Source: an uncultured Clostridia bacterium (GTDB lineage Bacteria; Bacillota; Sulfobacillia; SLMV01). Taken from it: a DNA stretch of 58,683 nt. The notes beneath the pieces are model-generated. The model saw only the letters and a program-made list of their open reading frames with translations. It did not search any database and was not told the origin of the DNA. The DNA is taken from positions 38,277 through 96,959 of the forward strand of contig CAZRFK010000001.1 in assembly GCA_964599275.1 (NCBI GenBank), read 5' to 3'. Made by a program: the position numbers and the translations under genes. Positions within the stretch are counted from its first letter, which is position 1. Each line of letters starts with the position of its first letter. Shown in pieces: positions 1 through 8,711 of the stretch.

Positions 1-55
1 GACCATACCCCGGAACTATTACAACCTTCTCGGCTGACTTTAACAGTGCAGAGGG
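1..55. repeat. Copy 1 of an exact 55-nt direct repeat (identical to 547-601), starting at the first base of the window
   Basis: Base-by-base comparison: gaccataccccggaactattacaaccttctcggctgactttaacagtgcagaggg occurs at 1-55 and 547-601. The copies diverge at 56 and 602. Confidence 0.95.
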
Positions 56-1489
56 ACCACTCTGGCCTTCTGTGGGCTGCTGAGGTTCTTGCTCCGCGGC
101 TTCTGACTCCACCCCGCGCAGCAGCTGCCCAACAGTATCCTTGGCATCACCGAGGACCAGTTCCACGTGCTCCATCTCGTACAGGGTGTTTTCAACCCCT
201 GAATAACCTGGCTCTGTATCCAGATTGCACACTATCACGCTGTCTGCGCGCTCAACTTCTACTATTGGCATTCCAGATATGGGCGTGTCATCTGACTCGT
301 TCGCTGCCGGGTTCACCACATCACAGGCTCCCACCACCAGCGCTACATCCACATCGTCCATCTCCGGATTGATATCATCCATCTCCCGCAACTTGTCATA
401 CGGGATATCTACCTCTGCCAAAAGCACGTTCATGTGCCCCGGCATCCTGCCGGCTACCGGATGTATCGCAAACTCCACCTCAACACCTCTGGACTCCAAA
501 CTTTCCATCAAATCCTTGACCTGCTTCTGAGCCTGCGCTACAGCCAGACCATACCCCGGAACTATTACAACCTTCTCGGCTGACTTTAACAGTGCAGAGG
601 GTGATACGTCCTCAGATGTTTCTTCATCCTCTTCTTTCAGTACTGCTTTGTCGTCTACCTCTTCAGATGACCCGGTTCCGGTCGCAGTCTCTCCACTGAG
701 AACACTCCCAAGAGAGCTGTTCATTGCACGGCACATCAGTTGAGTAAGTACAAGGCCTGATGCTCCTACTATTGCTCCAATGAGGACAAGTAGGGGTTCT
801 GAAATGGTAAATCCACAAATCGCCCCGGCTAATCCAGAGAAAGCATTCAGCAGTGAAATGGTTATCGGCATATCTGCTCCACCAACTCGGATGGCCAGCA
901 GTATTCCGTAGACAAGAGCAATCGCCAATATAAATAGGGGTAAAACTACAGGTAATCCTGGAATAAACTCACTTGCCGCAACCATGATTGCCATAATGAG
1001 AATACTCAATTTGGACAAAGCCCCATGACCTGGAAGAATGACTGGACTCTGGGTGGTCAGCCCTTCCAATTTAACAGCAGCTACAATACTCCCACTGAAA
1101 GCCAGGCCGCCAACGACCAGGGCAAATAATCCGGCTACCGCACTGAAAGTAGTCATTTCATTATAACGCTCAAATAGCTCAACAAGCGCAACCAAAGCGC
1201 TGGCACCGCCACCCAAACCATTGAATAAAGCTACCAACTGGGGCATTCTATTCATGGTAACGGTGATTGCCAATATGTAACCTATTCCTCCACCTGTCGC
1301 CATACCCACCCAGAGGATGGGTACATCAATAATTTGATTGGACCACAAAACTAAAACTATAGCTGCAAACAAACTGGCAGCGCTGAGCCGATTCCCTCGG
1401 ACAGCTGTTTCTGGCGAGTTCATCCACCTGATACCGAGAAGAACCAGAACACCCAACATCGTCGACAGCACGAGATAAATTTGCTGCAT
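1..1489 (-). CDS. pntB: NAD(P) transhydrogenase subunit beta (PntB). No stop codon occurs before the window edge, so it is partial at the 3' end.
   Basis: Absent from the ORF track because it has no stop. My minus-strand translation from the ATG at 1489 gives MQQIYLVLSTMLG... It contains MPQLVALFNGLGGGA, GGADMPITISLLN, MCRAMNSSLGSVL and the dIII motifs VVIVPGYGLAVAQAQ and HPVAGRMPGHMNVLLAE. The start overlaps the upstream stop (TAATG). Confidence 0.9.
   Translation of the reverse strand, partial: MQQIYLVLSTMLGVLVLLGIRWMNSPETAVRGNRLSAASLFAAIVLVLWSNQIIDVPILWVGMATGGGIGYILAITVTMNRMPQLVALFNGLGGGASALVALVELFERYNEMTTFSAVAGLFALVVGGLAFSGSIVAAVKLEGLTTQSPVILPGHGALSKLSILIMAIMVAASEFIPGLPVVLPLFILAIALVYGILLAIRVGGADMPITISLLNAFSGLAGAICGFTISEPLLVLIGAIVGASGLVLTQLMCRAMNSSLGSVLSGETATGTGSSEEVDDKAVLKEEDEETSEDVSPSALLKSAEKVVIVPGYGLAVAQAQKQVKDLMESLESRGVEVEFAIHPVAGRMPGHMNVLLAEVDIPYDKLREMDDINPEMDDVDVALVVGACDVVNPAANESDDTPISGMPIVEVERADSVIVCNLDTEPGYSGVENTLYEMEHVELVLGDAKDTVGQLLRGVESEAAEQEPQQPTEGQSGPSALLKSAEKVVIVPGYG
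547..601. repeat. Copy 2 of the exact 55-nt direct repeat (identical to 1-55)
   Basis: Same comparison. The offset is 546 nt, which is 182 codons, so the repeat is in frame within pntB. Confidence 0.95.
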
Positions 1490-1791
1490 TAAGTCTCCAG
1501 CCCCTCGTTGTCCTGGACTCTCTTGGTGAACATTTTCAACATGCGGTCTGTGACTGCAAACCCGCCTACCAAATTGACGGAGGCCATCGCTACGGCAATA
1601 AAGCCCAAAACTTTACTGTCCATATTGACTGCGAGAGCAGTTGCAACCAAGGATCCAAGAATAGTTACTCCGGAAATTGCATTAGTTCCTGACATAAGTG
1701 GTGTATGAAGTAATGGAGGAACCTGCTGGATCACTTTGTACCCGAGCAGACCCGCTGCAGCAAAAATCAGCAACAACCATACTGGATTCAT
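1489..1791 (-). CDS. pntAB: NAD(P) transhydrogenase subunit alpha part 2 (small membrane subunit)
   Basis: A 100-aa hydrophobic protein lying between the alpha-1 and beta subunit genes. The sequence HTPLMSGTNAISGVTILGSL is typical of PntA dII. There is a 1-nt stop/start overlap with pntB. Confidence 0.85.
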   Translation of the reverse strand: MNPVWLLLIFAAAGLLGYKVIQQVPPLLHTPLMSGTNAISGVTILGSLVATALAVNMDSKVLGFIAVAMASVNLVGGFAVTDRMLKMFTKRVQDNEGLET

Positions 1792-1871
1792 GATAATCCC
1801 TCCTCACCTGTTTCAACTGCATTGATAACGGTCCAAACCAGGTCAAAACAATCTTGCTGAATAATAACTTG

Positions 1872-3047
1872 TCAGGATAGGCCCATTGCCTCCCGGGCTC
1901 CTGAATGGACCAGATCACCGTCTTTGGTGACCAGAGAGGAGGCAATTATTTCATCGTTCATGTCAACCTGCAGAGAGCCATCTTCGACAAGGTTTTCTAC
2001 AAAAGCGTAGATATTTTTTGCAAACATTGAAGTAGAACTGCTCGGAACAAGTCCGGGCAAATTCTTGGTACCAACTATCGTAACCCCATGCTCCTCCACT
2101 GTCTCTCCACCGACAGTCAACTCACAATTGCCACCCTGATCCACAGAAACGTCAACAATTACAGAACCGGGATCCATGCTCTTTACCATCTCTTCAGTGA
2201 CCAATATAGGAGCCTGTTTACCTGGAACCAGCGCAGTCAGCACTACGACGTCAGCCTCGCTCACAGCATCCTTGATAGCCTCACGCTCTTTTTCCAACCA
2301 TTCATCAGTCAATTGTTCGGCATACCCACCTTCACCAACTGCCACCTCAGCAGGAACACCACTGTCAAGAATCTTGGCTCCTAAAGTTTTTGCTTGCTCA
2401 TTGGCCTCAGGGCGAACGTCTACTACCTTCACTTGTGCACCGAGTCTCTTGGCAGTTGCTATTGCCTGCAAACCTGCAACACCAGCACCTAACACAGATA
2501 CGTTGGCTGGACGGTTTGTACCTACAGCGGAAGTTATCATAGGAACAAATTTGGGCAAATCATTAGCTGCTACTAGTATGCTTTTGTAACCAGCGACTGT
2601 ACTCATTGAAGTCAAAGCATCCATAGACTGGGCACGGGTAATCCGTGGAATACTATCCAATGTGAAACTGGTTACTCCCTGTTGGGCAAGATTCTGGATC
2701 ATTTCGTGGTTAGCAGGAGCAGCAGGGTGTAAGAAGGTCACCAGTGTCTGTCCCTCACTCATCATATCTACTTCATGCTTTTGCACATCGGAATTGAACT
2801 GTGGCTCTTTTACTTTCATTAGGATGTCTGCCTGAGAAAACACTTCTTCAACATCCTCAACAATGTTTGCACCAGCTGTCGAGTAATCGCTATTTGAAAA
2901 TCCTGCACCCTCTCCAGCCTGCGTTTCTATAAGAACCTCTGCCCCCTCTGACACCAAATTATCCACGGTCTCTGGGATTATAGCCACTCGCTGCTCTCCA
3001 GTCATGATCTCTCTGGGAACGCCCACTCTGAGACCTTGAAATTTCAT
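1872..3047 (-). CDS. pntAA: NAD(P) transhydrogenase subunit alpha part 1 (alanine dehydrogenase/PNT fold)
   Basis: The N-terminus is VGVPREIMTGEQRVAIIPETV. A Rossmann motif VSVLGAGVAGLQAIATAKRLGA is present. An AGGAGG RBS precedes the ATG at 3047. Confidence 0.9.
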   Translation of the reverse strand: MKFQGLRVGVPREIMTGEQRVAIIPETVDNLVSEGAEVLIETQAGEGAGFSNSDYSTAGANIVEDVEEVFSQADILMKVKEPQFNSDVQKHEVDMMSEGQTLVTFLHPAAPANHEMIQNLAQQGVTSFTLDSIPRITRAQSMDALTSMSTVAGYKSILVAANDLPKFVPMITSAVGTNRPANVSVLGAGVAGLQAIATAKRLGAQVKVVDVRPEANEQAKTLGAKILDSGVPAEVAVGEGGYAEQLTDEWLEKEREAIKDAVSEADVVVLTALVPGKQAPILVTEEMVKSMDPGSVIVDVSVDQGGNCELTVGGETVEEHGVTIVGTKNLPGLVPSSSTSMFAKNIYAFVENLVEDGSLQVDMNDEIIASSLVTKDGDLVHSGAREAMGLS

Positions 3048-3127
3048 AAAGATACCTCCTTGTTTGGATTTCCGAGCTCAAGTTTATTCTATATCTAGCT
3101 CTTACAGTAAGCAACACACCACTTAGA

Positions 3128-3156
3128 AATATAGCACAGTGAATACACCCCGGCAA
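3128..3156 (-). promoter_or_regulatory. Candidate sigma-A promoter for the pnt operon (TTGCCG-17-TGcTATATT, extended -10)
   Basis: Read on the minus strand: TTGCCG at 3156-3151, a 17-nt spacer, then TG-n-TATATT at 3136-3128. It lies about 80 nt upstream of the pntAA ATG. Confidence 0.35.
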
Positions 3157-3361
3157 ATATAAGCATTTTCAAGAAGAATCTGTGCCTGTATAAACACGTG
3201 GAAATATCCTTTCTAATCTTCTCGAAGGCAAAAGCACCTAAAATGAAGAGGGAGGGTTTTCATATTTGATGAGAGCAAGTGCTGATGTTGAAAGAATGAA
3301 AACATTAGAGATCTGTCCCTTGCAGGCGGAGAATCCGAAAGGTAACTTAGTAGCATCATTT

Positions 3362-4048
3362 TTAAAGGTATGGTGCTAAAAGCCGCATAAAAACTGGAAC
3401 GAGATAGCTTTCAAGCACAACCCCAAGAATAATTAAACAGCTCGCAAGTAATCCCCGCAAGCAATATAACAGGGCAGACGAATGACGCTTGAATGAATCG
3501 GGAACTCTGCGTGACATTATAATCTGCAGAGAATAAGCCACAGCATTGACTGAGCAAAACAGCAATCCTGTGAGGAAGAACAAGTTTTGTGGCAAGACCG
3601 ATACAAGTGCCAACCCGACACCCATAGTACCTCTTATGTAGATCAAAAAACTGACAGTAAACCCTATCACAAAGCCGCGGAGTAAAACCACAGCAGCTAC
3701 TACTGGCATTCCAATTACAGTAAACCCCAAGAGGAAGATCACAGCCAAGGACTTCATGTTACTGAACAAAGAATCCATAAATATATCCGACCCGGCTAGA
3801 GGTCTTTCCCTACCCTCTAAACTCTGAAAAAAGCCAAGTGTAAACTCCGAAAGCTTATCGACCTGCTCTGGATGTAAGGATCCTGCTGCCAGAGCACCAA
3901 AAACTACTCCGGCACATAAAAGCAAAAGAGCAAACAAATACAGTGCTGCATTTTCTCTCAAATAACTCATAACTACAGCACTTCCATCTGACCAAACTAC
4001 CCGCGGACTTCGAGGAAACAGTTTATTGCTGCGTCCGCCTCTTCTCAC
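3362..4048 (-). CDS. spoIIM: Stage II sporulation protein M (SpoIIM)
   Basis: A polytopic membrane protein. The segment YLRENAALYLFALLLLCAGVVFGA resembles the SpoIIM N-terminal region. The GTG at 4048 has an AGGAGG 8 nt upstream. An alternative ATG at 3970 has a weaker RBS. Confidence 0.75.
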   Translation of the reverse strand: MRRGGRSNKLFPRSPRVVWSDGSAVVMSYLRENAALYLFALLLLCAGVVFGALAAGSLHPEQVDKLSEFTLGFFQSLEGRERPLAGSDIFMDSLFSNMKSLAVIFLLGFTVIGMPVVAAVVLLRGFVIGFTVSFLIYIRGTMGVGLALVSVLPQNLFFLTGLLFCSVNAVAYSLQIIMSRRVPDSFKRHSSALLYCLRGLLASCLIILGVVLESYLVPVFMRLLAPYL

Positions 4049-4190
4049 CAGCTCGTCCTCCTTTCCAACTAAATCCTTCCTACGCTCATATTACTGATAA
4101 TCACAGAAAATAATGATTCAATATTTTTCAAACTGCATTCTGCTTTAGGGAATCCTCATCGGGTGATCATTAAAAACCCAAGAAGACAAC

Positions 4191-4223
4191 AAAAGAAAAA
4201 CCCGAGGAAAGCTAACCCCCGGG
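4191..4223 (-). terminator. Intrinsic terminator after mgtE
   Basis: Minus strand: CCCGGGG-gttagcttt-CCTCGGG followed by TTTTTCTTTT. Confidence 0.7.
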
Positions 4224-4292
4224 AAAGGAATTTATTTTGTATTTACTGATAATGAGGAGTATTACTTTAATTATTCATTAAATAAACACAAT

Positions 4293-5666
4293 TCAAATCA
4301 AATGACCAAACATGAAGTTGGCCATTCCAAAATAAATCAGCAGTCCTGTAACGTCTTTAACAGTTGTTATCAGAGGATCAGAACCGGCTGCCGGGTCAAA
4401 ACCAAATCTATTCAATAGCCAGGGAAAAGCATAACCAATTACTGTCGCCACCAGGACTGTAACCATCATGGACACTCCCACCACTACCCCCAAAGCAGGC
4501 GAACCCTGCCATAAAGAGGCTACGAGAGCAACTATTAACCCACTGATAGCTCCCAAGCTAATTCCTACCTTAACTTCCTGCCACAGATACTTTGAAAATT
4601 CAGAAGTATCCACGTGACCTAAAGCCATTCCCCGGACAAAAATTGTAGATGACTGAGTACCAACATTACCCCCCATGTCCATAACCGCAGGTATGAAAAA
4701 GGCAAGTGCCAGGACAGCTTCGAGAGAAGCTTCAAACTGCTCAATGATTCCTCCGGCCATAAGTCCACCAGCCAGGGCAAATAAAAGCCACGGTAATCTA
4801 ATTCCTACAACCGTCCACACTGGAGAATCAATCAACCGTGCACTCCGAAAAGCGTCAACCTCGGCCATTTCCAAAAGACCTGCCATCTTGAAAACGTCCT
4901 CAGTGGTTTCTTCCTCGACTACATCCATCACATCATCAACAGTGATGATGCCAACCAGTTCGCGATCCTGGTTGATTACAGGGAGAGCGATGAGATCATA
5001 TTTGGCTATCATATGAGCAACTTCTTCCTGGTCTGTATATTCGGGAACACTCACTACTCCCTCTTTCATCACCTCATCTAATCTCATGTCGGCATCAGCA
5101 GCCAGAAGTTCTCGCAGCGACAAGACCCCAACCAGGCATTCATCCTCATCAATCACATAAATGTAATACACGGTTTCTGCCTGGTGAGCCCAGCTGCGAA
5201 TCTCGCGGATAGTTTCACGGACGGTAAGTTTTTGGTTTACAGCGATGTATTCCGTTGTCATCAGACCGGCCGCTGAGTCAAGTTCAAATTCCAAGAGACG
5301 CTCAACTTCTCTTCTTTCCTCAACTAGAGTCAAAAGACCTCGTGCTTCTTCCTCTTCCATTTGACCCAAAAAATCCACTACATCATCGGTTGGTGCATGG
5401 GAAAACAGTGCCCGCATTTCATCCTGGTCCAGAAGTGAAATGACCTGGACCTGATCGTCTGAGTCCATGGCACCAAAGAGTTCCCCCAAAATTTCCGGCT
5501 CAAGCATTTCAATAAATTTCTGTCTGATGTTCGGCTCGAGCTTACTGAGCAACCTTTTTTCTAAATCAGCAGCGTGGATCTCTGATAATAAATCATTTAA
5601 TTTTTCCGCATCTTCACGTGCTATATATTTTCTGGCCAGACGTACAAAAGGGTTATTAATCTTCAT
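4293..5666 (-). CDS. mgtE: Magnesium transporter MgtE
   Basis: It has an N-terminal MgtE_N region, tandem CBS-like segments and a C-terminal TM domain with GGNVGTQSSTI. I prefer the ATG at 5666 (MKINNPF), which has AGGAGGAGG just upstream, over the track start at 5693. Confidence 0.9.
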   Translation of the reverse strand: MKINNPFVRLARKYIAREDAEKLNDLLSEIHAADLEKRLLSKLEPNIRQKFIEMLEPEILGELFGAMDSDDQVQVISLLDQDEMRALFSHAPTDDVVDFLGQMEEEEARGLLTLVEERREVERLLEFELDSAAGLMTTEYIAVNQKLTVRETIREIRSWAHQAETVYYIYVIDEDECLVGVLSLRELLAADADMRLDEVMKEGVVSVPEYTDQEEVAHMIAKYDLIALPVINQDRELVGIITVDDVMDVVEEETTEDVFKMAGLLEMAEVDAFRSARLIDSPVWTVVGIRLPWLLFALAGGLMAGGIIEQFEASLEAVLALAFFIPAVMDMGGNVGTQSSTIFVRGMALGHVDTSEFSKYLWQEVKVGISLGAISGLIVALVASLWQGSPALGVVVGVSMMVTVLVATVIGYAFPWLLNRFGFDPAAGSDPLITTVKDVTGLLIYFGMANFMFGHLI

Positions 5667-5718
5667 GAGTTTCCTCCTCCTTTCCTTTACCATGCTGTGC
5701 TGCCAACATTACACTCCA

Positions 5719-6246
5719 CTATATGGTGTCATCGCGCCTGTACAGCGTCAATGCAGCAAGACTTTTGGCATCAAGCAACCCCGCTGACAGGACATCATTA
5801 ACAGATTTCCACTCCGCATTGATCGCAACTTCATCTCCGTCAGGAGGAGCAGAAATTTTATTCAGTTCTCTGGCCAAAAATACATTGATAAATTCGGTAG
5901 TGAATCCAGGAGAAGAATAAAAACCCCCCAGTCGTTTCAAGTCAGAAGCTCGGTATCCAGTTTCCTCTGCCAATTCACGGCGGGCACAATCCAGGCCATT
6001 TTCCGACTCATCAATCCTTCCTGCAGGAATCTCCCACAAACACCGTTCGGCTGCGTGACGATACTGTTTTACCAGAAGAACCTCAGAATCATGCCCTGCT
6101 TCGCGAACCGCCAGCACAGCTGCAACGTCATTAACTACCACTATCTCTCTTTTAGTAGGCTCTCCGGAAAAACTTAGTTCATCCACTCTGACTTTTACTA
6201 TTGCACCCTGAAACTTGCTCTCAGTTCGTATTATTTGAACTTCCAT
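5719..6246 (-). CDS. nudF: ADP-ribose pyrophosphatase (Nudix hydrolase, NudF-like)
   Basis: Nudix box GRIDESENGLDCARRELAEETGY. AAGGAG lies 8 nt upstream of the ATG. The gene overlaps the upstream gene by 26 nt. Confidence 0.8.
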   Translation of the reverse strand: MEVQIIRTESKFQGAIVKVRVDELSFSGEPTKREIVVVNDVAAVLAVREAGHDSEVLLVKQYRHAAERCLWEIPAGRIDESENGLDCARRELAEETGYRASDLKRLGGFYSSPGFTTEFINVFLARELNKISAPPDGDEVAINAEWKSVNDVLSAGLLDAKSLAALTLYRRDDTI

Positions 6247-7372
6247 TACCCAAACTCCTTTGAACCAGTTTTGCGGCCAACCGTCCAGCTGCAGCAGCAG
6301 TCAAGAAAAACTCGGGCTCCTGTTCCGGGTTTCGCCCCATAAAGCTTAGCAAACTTTGCAGGTTGGTTTGTGATTGTAATAGATTCATTCCTTCCGAACC
6401 AGTTTCCATCACAATACGATGCACATCCGCTATTTCTGCCTGGTAGATCTGCCGCCACAAATGCCAGCAGTCTCTGGCCTCTCTGGCGATCACTGCCCAC
6501 ACTTTTCCTAACACTGCATTACCCAGAACTGTAAGAGAATGATGGCTTATACCTGAATGCCTTCTCCTGTGGTCACCGGTTGAAATTCGCAAGGGCACGA
6601 CCGGCAGTCCCCCCAGAGAAAGCGCAGCATTTGCCGCCTGCGCCTGCTGCATTCCGGTATGTCCTAAGGCAGTGCCTGTTCCCACAATTCCGGGACCGAT
6701 TCCCACAACCGTTACATCAGCACCGACAACCCCGGCTGCAGCTGCAAGGGCACTGTAAACATTTACAGCCTCATGCTCACCACCGAAACAGTGGCCGGCC
6801 GTCAGAGTTTCATGTAACCATTCATTCAACTTCAAATTGTATACTGCTTTACTCAATTGGAGAGGGAGGGAACCTCCATCAGTCATCACGTAAGCAATCT
6901 TGAAACCGGTGTCAATTGAGCGAATTCCGGCAACAACCGGGAGCAGCTGGCTGTGCACTTCACAACAGATAACTGGCATTCTTTCAACTGTTTTTCTATC
7001 TTTGAGGATATGATGATACTCTGAACACTGTTCTTCAACAGCTTTAACCCGCATCTGCCATGGAGTATAGCGTAGTTTCATTATATGCCCGTCTGAAAGC
7101 TGCTGCTTGGCAAGCATCTGTGGAGTCCAAATGATAAAATGAAAACCGCCAGAACCCAAACCCAATTTGCGAGCAGTAGTATTGACCAATACCCTGTCTC
7201 CACAAGTGACCTTTCCCGTGAGGTGGGGATAACATATCGCCTCTACTGATAGGCTCTCCGGGGAGTCATTGTGCATCCTCACCGTGCAGTGCATCAGATC
7301 TTTACGTACTTCTGTGATTTCCACAACTTCTGCTGACTCTACCGCAAATGAACGAATTAAACTTCCCTCCAC
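6221..7372 (-). CDS. DUF3866-family protein (function unknown)
   Basis: The family assignment is from memory of DUF3866 features (LRYTPWQ, HCFGG, Gly-rich IGPGIVGTGT, C-terminal MGR). It is not verified by an HMM search. Confidence 0.6.
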   Translation of the reverse strand: MEGSLIRSFAVESAEVVEITEVRKDLMHCTVRMHNDSPESLSVEAICYPHLTGKVTCGDRVLVNTTARKLGLGSGGFHFIIWTPQMLAKQQLSDGHIMKLRYTPWQMRVKAVEEQCSEYHHILKDRKTVERMPVICCEVHSQLLPVVAGIRSIDTGFKIAYVMTDGGSLPLQLSKAVYNLKLNEWLHETLTAGHCFGGEHEAVNVYSALAAAAGVVGADVTVVGIGPGIVGTGTALGHTGMQQAQAANAALSLGGLPVVPLRISTGDHRRRHSGISHHSLTVLGNAVLGKVWAVIAREARDCWHLWRQIYQAEIADVHRIVMETGSEGMNLLQSQTNLQSLLSFMGRNPEQEPEFFLTAAAAGRLAAKLVQRSLGNGSSNNTN

Positions 7373-7375
7373 ACC

Positions 7376-8059
7376 TCAGCAGTGCATAAATTTTGTCAAA
7401 TGTGAATTGAGTGCATTCAACACTGCCTGAACTGCACCATAAACTTCGTCATCATTATTCACGGATGCCACTCCTAACCAGGTTTCTAACTCACCTCGTC
7501 CATTGGAAAAACCCAGCTGGCAAACAGACGCATCACCAGCCGACATGGAAACTCGTTTCAGGTCTTCCAGCGTAAGGGAATCGCCCTCATCAAGATATTT
7601 TCGTGCTGCAACTACAGCTGCTTCTGCTGGTGTCCGTCCTACATTCACACTTGGAACACTTCCCGAAAACGCTCCCTCAACTTCTTTATCTGCACAGCGC
7701 AGTACAACCACTGCTTCCATCTTCGACTGAAGCAGGTGGCTGGTGACATTAATGCTGACTAGAGACATCCGGGTGAACCCGGGCTTGTTCTGCTCTTTTC
7801 CCTCGACCTGAGCCACGGAAATTTTCTTGTGATCTATGGATATATCCCATTTGGCAGCAAGACCACTTTCCACATCTCTTACAATTTGCTTGGGATGCCT
7901 CTGGGAACTCCCGAGAATATGCACTTCTTCAATAGCTCCCCATTCATTGCACACCACCCTGCAGTCGCTAACTCCCGAAATCTTTCTCAGAAGAGTTTCA
8001 ACTTCTGAAATCTCGACGGAATTCGGTAGTTGCTCCAGATTCTCCTCTTCCCCTGTCAT
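7376..8059 (-). CDS. Hypothetical cytoplasmic protein of about 227 aa, family not recognised
   Basis: The ORF is 7376-8104. The track start (TTG 8104) lies inside a strong hairpin. The ATG at 8059 (MTGEEENLEQ) is preceded by AAGGGGGGAAAGTA. Only 3 nt separate it from the downstream DUF3866 gene. Confidence 0.55.
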   Translation of the reverse strand: MTGEEENLEQLPNSVEISEVETLLRKISGVSDCRVVCNEWGAIEEVHILGSSQRHPKQIVRDVESGLAAKWDISIDHKKISVAQVEGKEQNKPGFTRMSLVSINVTSHLLQSKMEAVVVLRCADKEVEGAFSGSVPSVNVGRTPAEAAVVAARKYLDEGDSLTLEDLKRVSMSAGDASVCQLGFSNGRGELETWLGVASVNNDDEVYGAVQAVLNALNSHLTKFMHC

Positions 8060-8103
8060 TACTTTTCCCCCTTTTGTATCTTTATTTACATTACGGATAG
8101 TCA

Positions 8104-8134
8104 AACAGGAGCTGCATGAACTGCAGCTCCTGTT
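8104..8134 (-). terminator. Perfect 13-bp stem hairpin after the oxidoreductase gamma gene (terminator or attenuator, weak U tract)
   Basis: AACAGGAGCTGCA-tgaac-TGCAGCTCCTGTT. On the minus strand it is followed by only TTTGAC. Confidence 0.5.
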
Positions 8135-8174
8135 ATGAATTCCTAATCATAACCAAGTCAAGTTCGCTTACTAT

Positions 8175-8711
8175 TTACTTAACCAATTCCCTACCCAGAT
8201 CCAGTGCTTTTTCATTCAGCGGAATGAGATTGTGGCGACGCTTGGGCAATACTTCAGGCAGCATCTCTTTCAGAAAGTCCACCGAAAGCAGTGAGGCGGA
8301 CTCACTCAAAGCCCCAAGCATTATCATGTTCGCCACCCGCACCTCTCCTAATTCTTCAGCCTTTTCACTGACTGGAATACGGATGATCTGAATATCGTCC
8401 CTGTCTACCTTCTCGTCTACAAGAGAGCTGTTAACAAAAAGGTATCCTTCAGGTACAACTTTTCCAGCGAACTTTTCTAATGAAGGAAGATTCATTACCA
8501 CACATTCGGTTGGCTCTGTCACAACAGGTGAACCTACTGGTTCATCAGAAATTACCACTCCACAGTTAGCGGTTCCTCCCCGTTGTTCAGGACCGTACGA
8601 AGGCATCCAGGATACATTCTTGTCCTTCTTCATCGCCGAATAGGTCAGCATCTGACCCATTAACATTATTCCCTGTCCACCGAACCCTGCCAAAAGAATT
8701 TGACGATTCAT
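8175..8711 (-). CDS. 2-oxoacid:ferredoxin oxidoreductase, gamma subunit
   Basis: The N-terminus ILLAGFGGQGIMLMGQML is typical of the POR/VOR/KOR gamma subunit. It is adjacent to the beta subunit gene. Confidence 0.85.
   Translation of the reverse strand: MNRQILLAGFGGQGIMLMGQMLTYSAMKKDKNVSWMPSYGPEQRGGTANCGVVISDEPVGSPVVTEPTECVVMNLPSLEKFAGKVVPEGYLFVNSSLVDEKVDRDDIQIIRIPVSEKAEELGEVRVANMIMLGALSESASLLSVDFLKEMLPEVLPKRRHNLIPLNEKALDLGRELVK

Noticed and set aside
3269-3382. A 37-codon plus-strand ORF (MRASADVERMKTLEICPLQAENPKGNLVASFLKVWC), with GGAGGG 12 nt upstream, in the spoIIM-pntAA gap.
   Set aside because: The RBS spacing is long. The 3' end runs into the convergent spoIIM coding region. The peptide has no recognisable features. 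I cannot tell it apart from a chance ORF without conservation data.
5667-5718. A possible M-box (Mg2+) riboswitch upstream of mgtE.
   Set aside because: Only about 50 nt separate mgtE from the nudF stop. That is far too short for an M-box, so mgtE appears to be co-transcribed with the upstream genes.
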